64,000 nt of DNA. Source: an uncultured Gemmatimonadales bacterium. GTDB lineage: Bacteria > Gemmatimonadota > Gemmatimonadetes > Gemmatimonadales > Gemmatimonadaceae. This document shows, in pieces, positions 54,827-64,000 of the stretch. The stretch covers positions 1,472,001 through 1,536,000 of the forward strand of contig CAWKNZ010000002.1 in NCBI GenBank assembly GCA_963851265.1, in the 5' to 3' direction. How positions within the stretch are numbered: the stretch's first letter is position 1; the number at the start of each line of letters is the position of its first letter. The notes below the pieces were generated by a model. The model made no database searches, was not told where the DNA came from, and saw only the letters and a program-made list of their open reading frames with translations. The position numbers and the translations under genes were made by a program.

Positions 54827-55759
54827 CTACGCCTCGGCCAGCTCCCGCGCGAACGCGGCCGCGTCGAACGGCTCGAGATCGTCGGCCGCCTCGCCCGTCC
54901 CCACGAACTTGACCGGCAGGTCGAGCGCCTCGTGCACCGCGACCACCACACCACCCTTTGCGGTGCTGTCGAGTTTCGTCACCACGAGCCCGGTCACCGG
55001 CACGGCCTCGGCGAACTGCTTCGCCTGCTGCACCGCGTTCTGCCCGATGGTCCCGTCGAGCACGAGCAGCGTCTCGTGCGGCGCGCCCGGCAGGCGCTTC
55101 GCGATCACGCGATGCACCTTCTTCATCTCGTCCATCAGCCCGGCGCTCGTGTGCAGCCGCCCGGCGGTGTCGATGATCACCACGTCGACGCCGCGCGTGA
55201 CCGCGGCATCGACGGCGTCGAACGCGACCGCGGCCGGGTCGGTCCCGGCCTTCGCGCCGACGAAGTCCGCCCCGGAGCGCTCGGCCCACACGCGCAGCTG
55301 GTCGATGGCGCCCGCCCGGAACGTGTCGCCGGCGCCGACGAGCACGCGCTTACGCTCCTTCCGCAAGCGGGCGGCGAGCTTGCCGATGAAGGTCGTCTTC
55401 CCCGCCCCGTTCACACCGATGACGAGGATCACCGCCGGTCCGCTCGCCGGCATGTTCAGCGCGACGTCGCTATTCCCTTCCCGCAGTTCCGCTTCGACCA
55501 ACCGACGGAGCGCGTCCTGGAATTCGTGCTCGGTCCGGATGAACCCCTTCTGCGCGTAGCCACCGATCTTGTCGACGAGCGCGAGCGTCGTCGGCACGCC
55601 GAAGTCGGCGGCGAGCAGCCCTTCCTCCAGCTGTTCGAGCGATCCCTCGCGCACGCCGCCGCGCAGGATTACCCCGACGTCCGCATTCGCGATGTCCTTG
55701 AACCGCTGCCAGAGTGAGCGTTTCGGGGCGTCGCCTTCGCGACGAAAGAGCCGAGCCAT
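54827..55759 (-). CDS. ftsY: Signal recognition particle receptor FtsY
   Basis: GVNGAGKTT, DTFRAGA, DTAGR, TKLDSTAKGG. Confidence 0.96.
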   Translation of the reverse strand: MARLFRREGDAPKRSLWQRFKDIANADVGVILRGGVREGSLEQLEEGLLAADFGVPTTLALVDKIGGYAQKGFIRTEHEFQDALRRLVEAELREGNSDVALNMPASGPAVILVIGVNGAGKTTFIGKLAARLRKERKRVLVGAGDTFRAGAIDQLRVWAERSGADFVGAKAGTDPAAVAFDAVDAAVTRGVDVVIIDTAGRLHTSAGLMDEMKKVHRVIAKRLPGAPHETLLVLDGTIGQNAVQQAKQFAEAVPVTGLVVTKLDSTAKGGVVVAVHEALDLPVKFVGTGEAADDLEPFDAAAFARELAEA

Positions 55760-55823
55760 GAACGGAAGGTTTGCGGGCGAAGAAGAGCGCCGTGCCGAAG
55801 CACGTGCGAGATGCGCGGCCGTG

Positions 55824-57680
55824 CTAGCGGAGCCCGAGCCGGCGCCGCGCGCCCCACTCGGCGCACAGTAACAGCGTCGCCGCCGCGAGGGGCCAGCCCG
55901 GAGTGATGGGCGTGGTCGGCGCGCCGGTCGTCGCGCGGGCCACTCCGACCGGGCCCGATCGCACGGACGCTCGGCGTGGGAGCAGTTCGGCCGACGCGTT
56001 CACGACGAGCAGTCCGCCACCCGCCACGTCGTACACCCCGGGCGCCGGAGAGTCGCTCCGCAGCTCGCCCGTCGCCGGATCGCGGCGCGCCGTGAGCGAG
56101 AGCGTGTCGCGCGTGTCGCGGCGCACCAGCCGAACGCGCGCGATACTGTCGGCCGGCCGTACGCCGCGCCAGCGGATCGCCGCGCCCGAGCGCACCGCCA
56201 GTTCGGCGGGTGTGACGTTCGGCGTCGCGGCCGCGGGCGCATCTGCGAGCCAGTCGAACAGCGCGCCCCAGAGGGCCGGGGCGGCGACTGCGCCCGCGCC
56301 GCCGCGAAACGACCAGCGCCAGAATCCGGCGCCCGAGACGATCGCGACCCGCCGCCCCGACGCCTCCGTTCCACCCCCGACGACCGCGCGCGGCGGGCCA
56401 CGCCGCCCGGCGCGCGCGACGACGCCCGTCCATCGTTGCGCGAGGCCGCGGGTCGCCGCGAGCGCATCTCCGCCGCCCGGCGCCAGATTGAGCGGCGGGA
56501 GACTGTCCCACGACAGGTCGCTGATCGCAGCGAGCGGGCCCGAGGCGCCCGACGGTCCGGCATACCAGTCCGTCGTGGTGTCTACGGCATCGACTGCCGG
56601 GAGGAGGGCGAGCGCCCCGCGTCCGAGCGCGCGGGGGCTGCCGAGTGCGGCGGTGTCCCCATGCAACACGAGGAGACCCGCCCCGGCCGCCGCGGCACGG
56701 ACGTCCGCCTCGCGAGCCGGTGCGAGCGTGCCCGCAACGCGCCACTCGCCCGGCGCCACGCGGTAGTACGCCCGCACCGGTACGGCGAGCGCGCCTCGGA
56801 GGACCGAGAGCGCCTGCCCGACGTCGTAGTCCGGCGCGGTGCTGACCACGACGGCGCGAGGCGCAGACGTCACGCCGATCGCGCGCGACGCGGTGTCGTT
56901 TCGGGGATCGCGGTCACCCCGTCCGGCGACGAAGGCCGCGAGAACGCCGGTGTGCGCGCGCACGTCGGCGCCAATCGGGACGCGAACCGTCACCGTCGCG
57001 CGGGCGAAGGCGCCCAACGCGGACAGCGGCCGCTCGATTGGCGCGCCGCCGTCGAGGCGAACACCGACGCGACCCGGCATCGCGCCCGCCGAATCGGCCG
57101 CGACGGTGACGGTGACGGTCGCGGTGTCGCCGGGCGCGACGTCCGTGGGGGCGTCGACGTCGACGACGGCCGCGTCCGCCGCGCGTGCCGGGCGCAGGAC
57201 GAGCACGCGCGATCCCGCCGGAGCGCGAGCGAGCGCTTCGGGGTCGTCGACCTCGCCGTCGCTCACGAGCACCAACGCCCGTCCGGCCGCCGCCGCCGAG
57301 TCGGCGGCCCCGGCGACGCGGCTGGCGCGGTCGCGCGGTACGCGCACGCTGGCCCCGGGCGCGACGCGCAACGACTCCCCGACGGCTACGACGGGCGCAC
57401 CACCGGTGGACGCGATGCGCGCCGCGCTGTCGCGGGCCGCACCGATCGCGCTCGCGTCGGTCGCCCGGGTCCAACTGGCCGAGGCGTCGAGCGCGACGAG
57501 CGGCGTGTCACGCTGCGCGTTGGGCACTGGTGCGCCGAGCGCGACGGCGGTAACGAGTGTCGTTGCCAAGGCGCGCGCGGCGGCGAGCCAGCCGAACGCG
57601 GCGCGGCGTCGGGCGGCCGGCAGGTAGCCGAGCAGCGCGACCGCGATCCCGACGGTCGCTGCCGCGAGCCAAGCCGTCAC
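55824..57680 (-). CDS. Membrane-anchored vWA-like domain protein
   Basis: N-terminal TMs, LDASAS and VSDGE MIDAS-like motifs, Ig/CARDB-like segment (..DPRND..), C-terminal TM plus AEWGARRRLGLR. Confidence 0.65.
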   Translation of the reverse strand: MTAWLAAATVGIAVALLGYLPAARRRAAFGWLAAARALATTLVTAVALGAPVPNAQRDTPLVALDASASWTRATDASAIGAARDSAARIASTGGAPVVAVGESLRVAPGASVRVPRDRASRVAGAADSAAAAGRALVLVSDGEVDDPEALARAPAGSRVLVLRPARAADAAVVDVDAPTDVAPGDTATVTVTVAADSAGAMPGRVGVRLDGGAPIERPLSALGAFARATVTVRVPIGADVRAHTGVLAAFVAGRGDRDPRNDTASRAIGVTSAPRAVVVSTAPDYDVGQALSVLRGALAVPVRAYYRVAPGEWRVAGTLAPAREADVRAAAAGAGLLVLHGDTAALGSPRALGRGALALLPAVDAVDTTTDWYAGPSGASGPLAAISDLSWDSLPPLNLAPGGGDALAATRGLAQRWTGVVARAGRRGPPRAVVGGGTEASGRRVAIVSGAGFWRWSFRGGAGAVAAPALWGALFDWLADAPAAATPNVTPAELAVRSGAAIRWRGVRPADSIARVRLVRRDTRDTLSLTARRDPATGELRSDSPAPGVYDVAGGGLLVVNASAELLPRRASVRSGPVGVARATTGAPTTPITPGWPLAAATLLLCAEWGARRRLGLR

Positions 57681-57786
57681 TCGGCTCGAGAGTTCGAGTC
57701 GCGCTGCGTCGTCGGCTCGCCACGAAGCCGCGCGGGCGACCGGTCGCGGCACGCCCGCCACGACCGCGGCAGGCGCACCGCGCGGC

Positions 57787-59118
57787 TCACCCGCCGGCGG
57801 CTGCGGCGGTGCGCACCGCGGCCACCGTCGCCGGCCGGTCCGGGCCGAGGAGCCGCGCACGCAGCGCGTCGAACGCCGCTCGGTCACGCGCCGGAAGCAT
57901 CGCGGCCGCGCCATCCTGGAGCGCCGACCGCGGATCGCGCTGCGCGCCGCCGAGAAGCATCTCGAAGTGCAGGTGCGGTGCGGTGGCGAGCCCCGTCATG
58001 CCGACGAAACCAATCGTGCGCCCCATCGCCACCGGGGTGCCGGCCCGCACGCCGCGCGCGAACGCCCGCAAGTGACCGTACCGGCTCACGTATCCGTTCG
58101 CGTGGCGCACCTCGAGCACGTTGCCGTAGCCACCGTGTCGGCCGGCGAACACGACGGTGCCGTCACCGACCGCGCGGACCGGCGTGCCCGCGGCGGCGGC
58201 GTAGTCGGTCCCCGTGTGCATTTTCCAGATTCCGAGGATCGGGTGCTCGCGCATCCCGAAGGTGCTCGACACGCGTCGGAACGCGAGTGGCGCGCGCAGG
58301 AACGGCGCACGCAGCGACTTTCCGAACTGGTCGAAGTACTGCCCGGTCGTGTCGGAACGGGAGCCCGGGACGGGGCGAAAACGTACCGCCTGCACGGCCT
58401 CACCGCCGACGGTGAGCGCGACGGCGACGACGTGACCCGCGCGCGGCGTTCCGGCCGGGTCGATCTCGCGTTCGACGAGCACGCGCAACGAGTCGCCGCG
58501 CTCGAGGTCGCGTTCGACGTCGACGCGGTGTTCGAAGATGTGCGCGAGGTTGTCCACCAAGTGTGAACGCGCGTCGTGCGGCAGGCGTTCGCCGACCGCG
58601 GCATGGATGGCGTCGTAGAGCGTCGAGGCGACCGTGGCGCGCACGCTGATGGTGTCCGTGTGCCACGGCAGGCGTTCCTCGCGTGCGCGCCAGGCACCGG
58701 CGAGGAAGTCGAGGTGCACCAGGCGGTCGACGGCGGTCCGCGCGATGACTTCGGCCGCGGTCGAGTCGGCCCCGACCCGGCGCGTGGTGACCGCGACGCC
58801 GGAGGGCAACGCGCCTAGGGTCTGCGTCGCGCCGTGTGCCGCGGCCGCCGCGGCGACGCGGCTGAGGCCAGCGCGCACCAGGAGGTCGGCGAGGGTTTCT
58901 CGCTGGCCGAGGGTGTCGACGCGCTCGCGGACGAGCGGGAGCGCGAGGCGGCCCGCAGTCGGCGGCGCGGGCGCGAAGGCGGGGTGCGTGCGCGCGGGCG
59001 CGCGGCCGGTTTGCGCGACGATCGCCGCGGCCGCGAGCACGACCGTCAGGGTCACGGACGCGGTCGGGCGGCGCGGGAGCGGGGCGTTCGACGACGTGCG
59101 GCGATCAGGGTGGGACAA
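57787..59118 (-). CDS. M23 family metallopeptidase (peptidoglycan DD-endopeptidase, MepM-like)
   Basis: HTGTDYAA (HxxxD), YGHL and GLATAPHLHFE (HxH) motifs. Confidence 0.9.
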   Translation of the reverse strand: MSHPDRRTSSNAPLPRRPTASVTLTVVLAAAAIVAQTGRAPARTHPAFAPAPPTAGRLALPLVRERVDTLGQRETLADLLVRAGLSRVAAAAAAHGATQTLGALPSGVAVTTRRVGADSTAAEVIARTAVDRLVHLDFLAGAWRAREERLPWHTDTISVRATVASTLYDAIHAAVGERLPHDARSHLVDNLAHIFEHRVDVERDLERGDSLRVLVEREIDPAGTPRAGHVVAVALTVGGEAVQAVRFRPVPGSRSDTTGQYFDQFGKSLRAPFLRAPLAFRRVSSTFGMREHPILGIWKMHTGTDYAAAAGTPVRAVGDGTVVFAGRHGGYGNVLEVRHANGYVSRYGHLRAFARGVRAGTPVAMGRTIGFVGMTGLATAPHLHFEMLLGGAQRDPRSALQDGAAAMLPARDRAAFDALRARLLGPDRPATVAAVRTAAAAGG

Positions 59119-59169
59119 CGAGCGGCGGGATGGGCCGCCGTGCGAGCGGCCGGGGCTGGGCCCGGGCCG

Positions 59170-60375
59170 TCAGTCCATCTGGCGGCGGATGAACGTGGGG
59201 ATCTCCATGTCGCTGAGATCCTGCGCCGGAAGGCGCTCGGGGGGAACGTACGGCGTCGCGCGCGCGCGCGGGGCCTCGGCGGCCGGGGCGGCGCGCGGCG
59301 CCGGGGAGATGACGCGCGAACCGCCGAGCGGGGTACGGTCGCGGCTGTCACGGTTGAACGGCAGGACGTTGGGCCCCTTCACCGCGTCGCCGGCCGACGA
59401 CCCGCCGAGCGCGAGCACCTTGTCGAACCCGGTCGCGATCACCGTCACGCGGATCTCGCCCTGCATCGCGGGCTCGTGCACCGCGCCGAAGATGATCTCG
59501 GCGTCATCCCCGACGGCGTCGTGGACGATCTCGTTGATCTGGTGCACTTCGCCTAACGTCAGGTCGGCGCCGCCGGTGATGTTGACGAGCACGCCCGTCG
59601 CGCCCGACACGCTCACGTTGTCGAGCAGCGGCGACGAGATCGCCTGCTGCGCGGCCTCCATGGCGCGGTTCTCGCCGCGACCCATCCCCGTGCCCATGAG
59701 TGCCGAGCCGCCGTTCTGCATGACGGTGCGCACGTCGGCGAAGTCGACGTTCACGAGGCCGGTCACCGAGATGAGCGACGAGATGCCCTGCGTCGCGTGC
59801 AGCAGGACCTCGTCGGCCTTCTTGAGCGCGTCCTGGAACGGGATCCCCTTTCCGACGACGGCGAGCAGGCGCTCGTTAGGCACGACGATCATCGTGTCCA
59901 CGTGCTTGCGCATCTCGCTGATCCCCTGCTCCGCCTGGCGCATGCGCTTGCGCCCCTCGAACAGGAACGGCTTGGTGACGATGCCGACGGTGAGCGAGCC
60001 CGCCTCGCGGGCGAGCTCCGCCACCACCGGCGCCGCGCCCGTGCCCGTCCCGCCGCCCATCCCGCACGTGATGAACACGAGGTCGGTGTTCGCGACGACG
60101 CGACTCACCTCGTCGCGGTTCTCGTCCACGGCCTGACGCCCGATCTCGGGGCGCGCGCCCGCGCCGAGCCCGCGCGTGAGCTTCTTCCCGATCTGGATCT
60201 TCACGTCGCTCTTCGATCCGAGGAGCGCTTGCGCGTCCGTGTTGACCGAGATGAACTCGACACCTTCCAGGTGCTCCTCGATCATGCGGTTGACGGCGTT
60301 GCCGCCGCCGCCGCCAACGCCCACGACTTTCATGCGGGCGTTTTGCGCGGCGCTCTCCTCGAACTCGAAGATCAT
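59170..60375 (-). CDS. ftsZ: Cell division protein FtsZ
   Basis: [19 protein letters not shown] tubulin signature, C-terminal [11 protein letters not shown]. Confidence 0.98.
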   Translation of the reverse strand: MIFEFEESAAQNARMKVVGVGGGGGNAVNRMIEEHLEGVEFISVNTDAQALLGSKSDVKIQIGKKLTRGLGAGARPEIGRQAVDENRDEVSRVVANTDLVFITCGMGGGTGTGAAPVVAELAREAGSLTVGIVTKPFLFEGRKRMRQAEQGISEMRKHVDTMIVVPNERLLAVVGKGIPFQDALKKADEVLLHATQGISSLISVTGLVNVDFADVRTVMQNGGSALMGTGMGRGENRAMEAAQQAISSPLLDNVSVSGATGVLVNITGGADLTLGEVHQINEIVHDAVGDDAEIIFGAVHEPAMQGEIRVTVIATGFDKVLALGGSSAGDAVKGPNVLPFNRDSRDRTPLGGSRVISPAPRAAPAAEAPRARATPYVPPERLPAQDLSDMEIPTFIRRQMD

Positions 60376-60766
60376 TCGGACGCGACTCCGGAAAACTGCA
60401 GGGGTGGTGGATGCGGCGCACAGTGGCGTCGCGATGACCGGGGTGACCGGGCGTCGATCGCGCGCGCCGCGCGTCTCACGCGCGCGGCGTCCGGCGTGTC
60501 AAGCCGCGCCTGGGAGGGGGAGGGCGGCGCGCCGGCGGTAACGGAACCGAGGCCGAATATAACGAGCGCCGTCCGCGCTGCCACCGCGGCAAGTTGTGCC
60601 CGGCACGACGTGCCGAACGGCACACACGACTGCACTCAGAACGACACGCCGGAGCTCGCGTCGCGTGGTAGTCTGTGCGCTACGCCACACGCGCCACGCG
60701 CGCGGCACCGACACACGTGCGTCGGTCGCGCGTGAACGCTGGCGCAACGCGCGCGCCGCGGTAACG

Positions 60767-62032
60767 TCAGAAAAAATCCTGCAGCCAAAGCTTCGCGCGC
60801 TCGCGCCACTTGTCGACGGACGGCGCGCCCGGGGACGCGCGCCGCGGGGCGACGCCGGCGGTCGTGGTGCCCAACGCCGCGCGCGACGCGCCGTAGAGCG
60901 CGAGTCCCGCGACCGTCGCCTCGCGCGGCGTGTCGAGCGTCTCGCGCAACCCCGTCACGGCGTCGAGCGGACGGCCGACGCGCACCGTCGCGCCGAAGAC
61001 GTCGCGCGCGAGCTCCGCCGTTCCTGGAAGCTCCGCACCACCGCCGGTCAGGACGTACCCGCCGCCCACCTTGGCGCCAAAGCCGGCGTCGTGCACGCCT
61101 CGCACGACGAGGTCGAAGATCTCGTCGAGGCGCTGGTGGATGATGTGCGCGAGCAACTCGCGCGGCACCTCGCGGCTCGCGTGGGTCGCCGAGCCGGGAA
61201 GCGCGATCACCTCGTCGCCCGAGACCAACGTCTCGAGCGCGGCCCCGTACTGCTCCTTCAACTGCTCGGCGTCCGAGTGCGACACGTTGACGCCGTGCAC
61301 GAGATCGCTCGTCACGTGCGCGCCGCCGTAGGGGACGGTCGCGAGGTGGCGGATCTTTCCCTCGTGGAACACCGCGACGTCGGTGGCCGACGCGCCCATC
61401 TCGACGAGGGTGACGCCGAGTTCTTTCTCGTCCTCCGTCAACACGGCGAGCGCGCTCGCGAGCGGCTCGAGGACGAGCTCGCGCACGCGGTGGCCCGCGC
61501 GCTCCACCGCCTTGCGGACGTTGGCCGCCGGCTGACTGCCGATGGTCACGAGATACATCTCGGTCTCGAGCCGCATGCCGTTCATCCCGACCGGATCCTG
61601 GATGCCCGCGGTGCGGTCGACGGTGTACTCCTGCGGGATCGCGTGCAGCAACTCGCGGTCCGGCGGGATGGCGAGCGCGCGCGCGACGCCGTTCACGCGG
61701 TCGACGTCGGCGCGCGTGATCTCGTCGCCGGCCACCGCGACGATGCCCTGACTGGTCACCGCGCGCACGTGCTCGCCGGCGATGCCGCAGTACACGCCGT
61801 CCGGGCGCGCGCCGGCCATCCGCTCCGCCTCATCGAGCGCGGTCCGCACGGAGCGCGTCGCCTCCTCGATGTCGGCGATCGCGCCGCGGCGCAGCCCGGT
61901 GGTGCGCGCCTGGCCGACGCCTAACACGCGCACGCCGGGGCGGCGCGGCAGCTCGCCGACGACCTCGGCGATCACGGCCGTGGTGCGCGCCGACCCGATG
62001 TCGAGTCCGGCGACGATGCGTTCCTGCTTCAT
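60767..62032 (-). CDS. ftsA: Cell division protein FtsA
   Basis: GLDIGS, LEPLASA, VLTGGGA, amphipathic C-terminus WLQDFF. Confidence 0.96.
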   Translation of the reverse strand: MKQERIVAGLDIGSARTTAVIAEVVGELPRRPGVRVLGVGQARTTGLRRGAIADIEEATRSVRTALDEAERMAGARPDGVYCGIAGEHVRAVTSQGIVAVAGDEITRADVDRVNGVARALAIPPDRELLHAIPQEYTVDRTAGIQDPVGMNGMRLETEMYLVTIGSQPAANVRKAVERAGHRVRELVLEPLASALAVLTEDEKELGVTLVEMGASATDVAVFHEGKIRHLATVPYGGAHVTSDLVHGVNVSHSDAEQLKEQYGAALETLVSGDEVIALPGSATHASREVPRELLAHIIHQRLDEIFDLVVRGVHDAGFGAKVGGGYVLTGGGAELPGTAELARDVFGATVRVGRPLDAVTGLRETLDTPREATVAGLALYGASRAALGTTTAGVAPRRASPGAPSVDKWRERAKLWLQDFF

Positions 62033-62092
62033 GCGAAGGGGCGTGCGGGGAGGGCGCTGCTGGTACGGCGCAAGGAAGGGGGCCGCCGGGCG

Positions 62093-63082
62093 CTACGGCA
62101 GGCGCGCGACGACCTGGTCGCGAAAGCGGAGGTCCAGCTCGGCCGCGCGCACGCCGCGGCGCGCGAGGTCGCGCTCGACGGGGTCGAGCTCGGCGAAGCG
62201 AGCCGCGTCGACGTCGACCGCGGCTCGGACGAGCACGGGGGCGGCCGGCGCGGCGTCCGCGTTAGGCGCTGCGCCGGGCGCGGCCACCGCCGGAGGTGCG
62301 GCGGCGAGCACGAAATCGAGCTCGTCGTGCTCCCGAGCGGGAGCGCCCGGCGCGGCGCGTCGCGCGCCGAACCCGAGCGGCGTCGCCGACGGCGGCGCGG
62401 CCCTCGGCGCGCGTGCCGCCTCGAGCACCCGCGCGTACACGCGGGGCGCGTCGGCGCGCAACGCGCCGAGCGCGCGCAGCAAAGACGGGTCCGCACTGGC
62501 CGCGAGCGGCACGTCGAGCCCGCCGACCCGCGACGGGGCGAGCGGGAGCGCCGCTCCGGTCGCGTCGTACACGACCAGCGCGCCGCGCGCCCCCGTCACG
62601 ACCGCCACGGGCACGCGCTCGCGCACCACGACGCGCAGCACGCCGGGCAGCCGGCGTTCGACGCGCGCCTCCGCGACGAGCGGGTCGGCCGCGATGCGGC
62701 GGGTCATCGCGTCGAGGTCGGCCCAGACCGACACCGACGTGTCGACGGCCAGTCGCGCGACGAGCGCGCGCGGCGAGGCGTAGCGCGCGCCCTCGATCTC
62801 CACACGCCGGACGCGGAAGAACGCGAGCCGCGACAGCGCGCGCGGCCCCCACCACCCCGCCGACGCGATCGCGCCGAGCGCGCCGGCCACGGCGGCCGTC
62901 CAGACCGCACGTCGCACGCGGGCGCGGCGCCGCGAGGCGGGGGCCACCGCGTCCGCGGGCGTCGGCTCCGCGCCCGCGCCGCCCTCGCGGCCCGGTGCGT
63001 TAGGCGGTGCGGCCGCGCCGCGGCGCGCCCGCGTGCTCGCCGGGGCGGGCGCGGCGTCGGGCGGCGACAACAGGCCGTTCAC
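62093..63082 (-). CDS. ftsQ: Cell division protein FtsQ/DivIB
   Basis: Single TM, POTRA (FRVRRVEIEG...VERRLPG..RERVP), C-terminal LDLRFRDQVVAR; lies between murC and ftsA. Confidence 0.88.
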   Translation of the reverse strand: MNGLLSPPDAAPAPASTRARRGAAAPPNAPGREGGAGAEPTPADAVAPASRRRARVRRAVWTAAVAGALGAIASAGWWGPRALSRLAFFRVRRVEIEGARYASPRALVARLAVDTSVSVWADLDAMTRRIAADPLVAEARVERRLPGVLRVVVRERVPVAVVTGARGALVVYDATGAALPLAPSRVGGLDVPLAASADPSLLRALGALRADAPRVYARVLEAARAPRAAPPSATPLGFGARRAAPGAPAREHDELDFVLAAAPPAVAAPGAAPNADAAPAAPVLVRAAVDVDAARFAELDPVERDLARRGVRAAELDLRFRDQVVARLP

Positions 63083-64000
63083 GCGTCCACCGACGCGCGC
63101 GTGCGCGCGGCCGCACCAGCGCGGTCGTCCGACGCCGCCGAGAGCGCGTCGAGCAGCTCGGGACCGGTGCGCGTGACGTCACCCGCGCCGATCGTGAGCA
63201 CGACGTCGCCCGGGCGCACGCGGTCGGCCAGCGCACGCGCGAGCGCGTCGCGCGGCCCGCGCCACGCGGCTGGCGCGCCCGCCGCGCGCATCGCATCGCT
63301 GACCAGGTCCGCGGTCACGCCCGCGATGGGCTGCTCGCGCGCGGGGTACAGATCGGCGACGAGCGCGACGTCCGCCCCGGCGAGGGCCCGGGCGAAGTCG
63401 GGGGCGAAATCGCGCGTGCGCGTGTACAGGTGCGGCTGGAAGGCCGCCACGATCCGTCGACCCGGGTACGCGGCGCGGGCCGCGGCAAGCGTCGCGTCGA
63501 GCTCCGTCGGGTGGTGCGCGTAGTCGTCGATCACGAGCACGCCGGCGGCGTCGCCGAGGCGCTGGAACCGCCGCTCGACCCCGCCGAAGCCCTCGAGCCC
63601 GGGCCGGAGCGCCGCGAACGGCGCGCCGAGCAGCAGCCCGACCGCGACCGCCGCGAGCGCGTTCCGGACGTTGTGCAGTCCGGGAACGGCGAGCGCGAGC
63701 GTGCCTAACGTACGCCCGTCCCACACGACCTCGCACGCCGACCCGCCGGCGGCCGTCGGACGCACGTCGCGCGCGACGAGGCGCGCGTCGGAGTGCGCGT
63801 CCGCCCCGGCCGCGGCCGCGCTGTAGCGCACCACCTCCGAGTCGGCACGCGTCGGCAGCGTCGTCGCGCCCGCGTCGTCGGCGCACAGTACGACCAGCCG
63901 CGCGCGGCCGACGAACTCCGCGAACGCGGCACGGATCGCGGCCAGGTCGGCGTAGATGTCGAGGTGGTCGGCTTCGACGTTCGTGACGACCGCCACGCCA
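63079..64000 (-). CDS. murC: UDP-N-acetylmuramate--L-alanine ligase (3' part; runs off window end)
   Basis: VTNVEADHLD, PGLHNVRNA, DDYAHHPTE, FQPHLYTRT, GAGD. Confidence 0.95.
   Translation of the reverse strand, partial: GVAVVTNVEADHLDIYADLAAIRAAFAEFVGRARLVVLCADDAGATTLPTRADSEVVRYSAAAAGADAHSDARLVARDVRPTAAGGSACEVVWDGRTLGTLALAVPGLHNVRNALAAVAVGLLLGAPFAALRPGLEGFGGVERRFQRLGDAAGVLVIDDYAHHPTELDATLAAARAAYPGRRIVAAFQPHLYTRTRDFAPDFARALAGADVALVADLYPAREQPIAGVTADLVSDAMRAAGAPAAWRGPRDALARALADRVRPGDVVLTIGAGDVTRTGPELLDALSAASDDRAGAAARTRASVDA

Noticed and set aside
60618..60634. Sigma-54-like GGCAC...TGCA in the ftsA-ftsZ spacer
   Set aside because: GG-to-GC spacing is 11 instead of 10, and it points away from ftsZ.
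59551..62267. GCCTAAC...GTTAGGC pairs resemble integron attC inverse-core and core sites (RYYYAAC/GTTRRRY)
   Set aside because: The pairs are more than 300 bp apart, lie inside ftsZ, ftsA and ftsQ, show no attC-like internal palindrome, and there is no integrase or cassette array.

Overview
High-GC (roughly 72-74% by eye) bacterial chromosomal window, mostly minus-strand housekeeping genes. Gene content and order suggest Gemmatimonadota (Gemmatirosa-like); this is inference. Contents: pyrR-pyrB-pyrC, two tRNA-Ser genes, tadA, a four-gene plus-strand accessory islet (methyltransferase, Pr6Pr membrane protein, hypothetical, PEP-CTERM protein), clpB, recO, a SahR-type regulator-ahcY-metK operon, a complete mannose-family PTS cluster with hprK, nusB and rib genes, purM, argS, methylmalonyl-CoA mutase, fbp, comEC, miaB, cdd/deoB/alr, mazG, asnS, recG, ftsY and the end of the dcw cluster (murC-ftsQ-ftsA-ftsZ). 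I saw no integrase, transposase or CRISPR array. The most striking unexplained signal is a dispersed octamer YGTTAGGC (reverse GCCTAACR). I found 25 exact copies by eye, in both orientations and four reading contexts, mostly inside core genes, where it imposes TTA (Leu), CCT (Pro) or TAA codons that are otherwise rare at this GC content. It is a candidate uptake-sequence, Chi-like or protein-binding genomic signature, and comEC lies in the same window. Other signals: a 13-bp palindrome over the sahR promoter and RBS, a sigma-54-type clpB promoter, repeated leaderless-type promoters, a REP-like hairpin and a QseEG-like kinase/lipoprotein pair.
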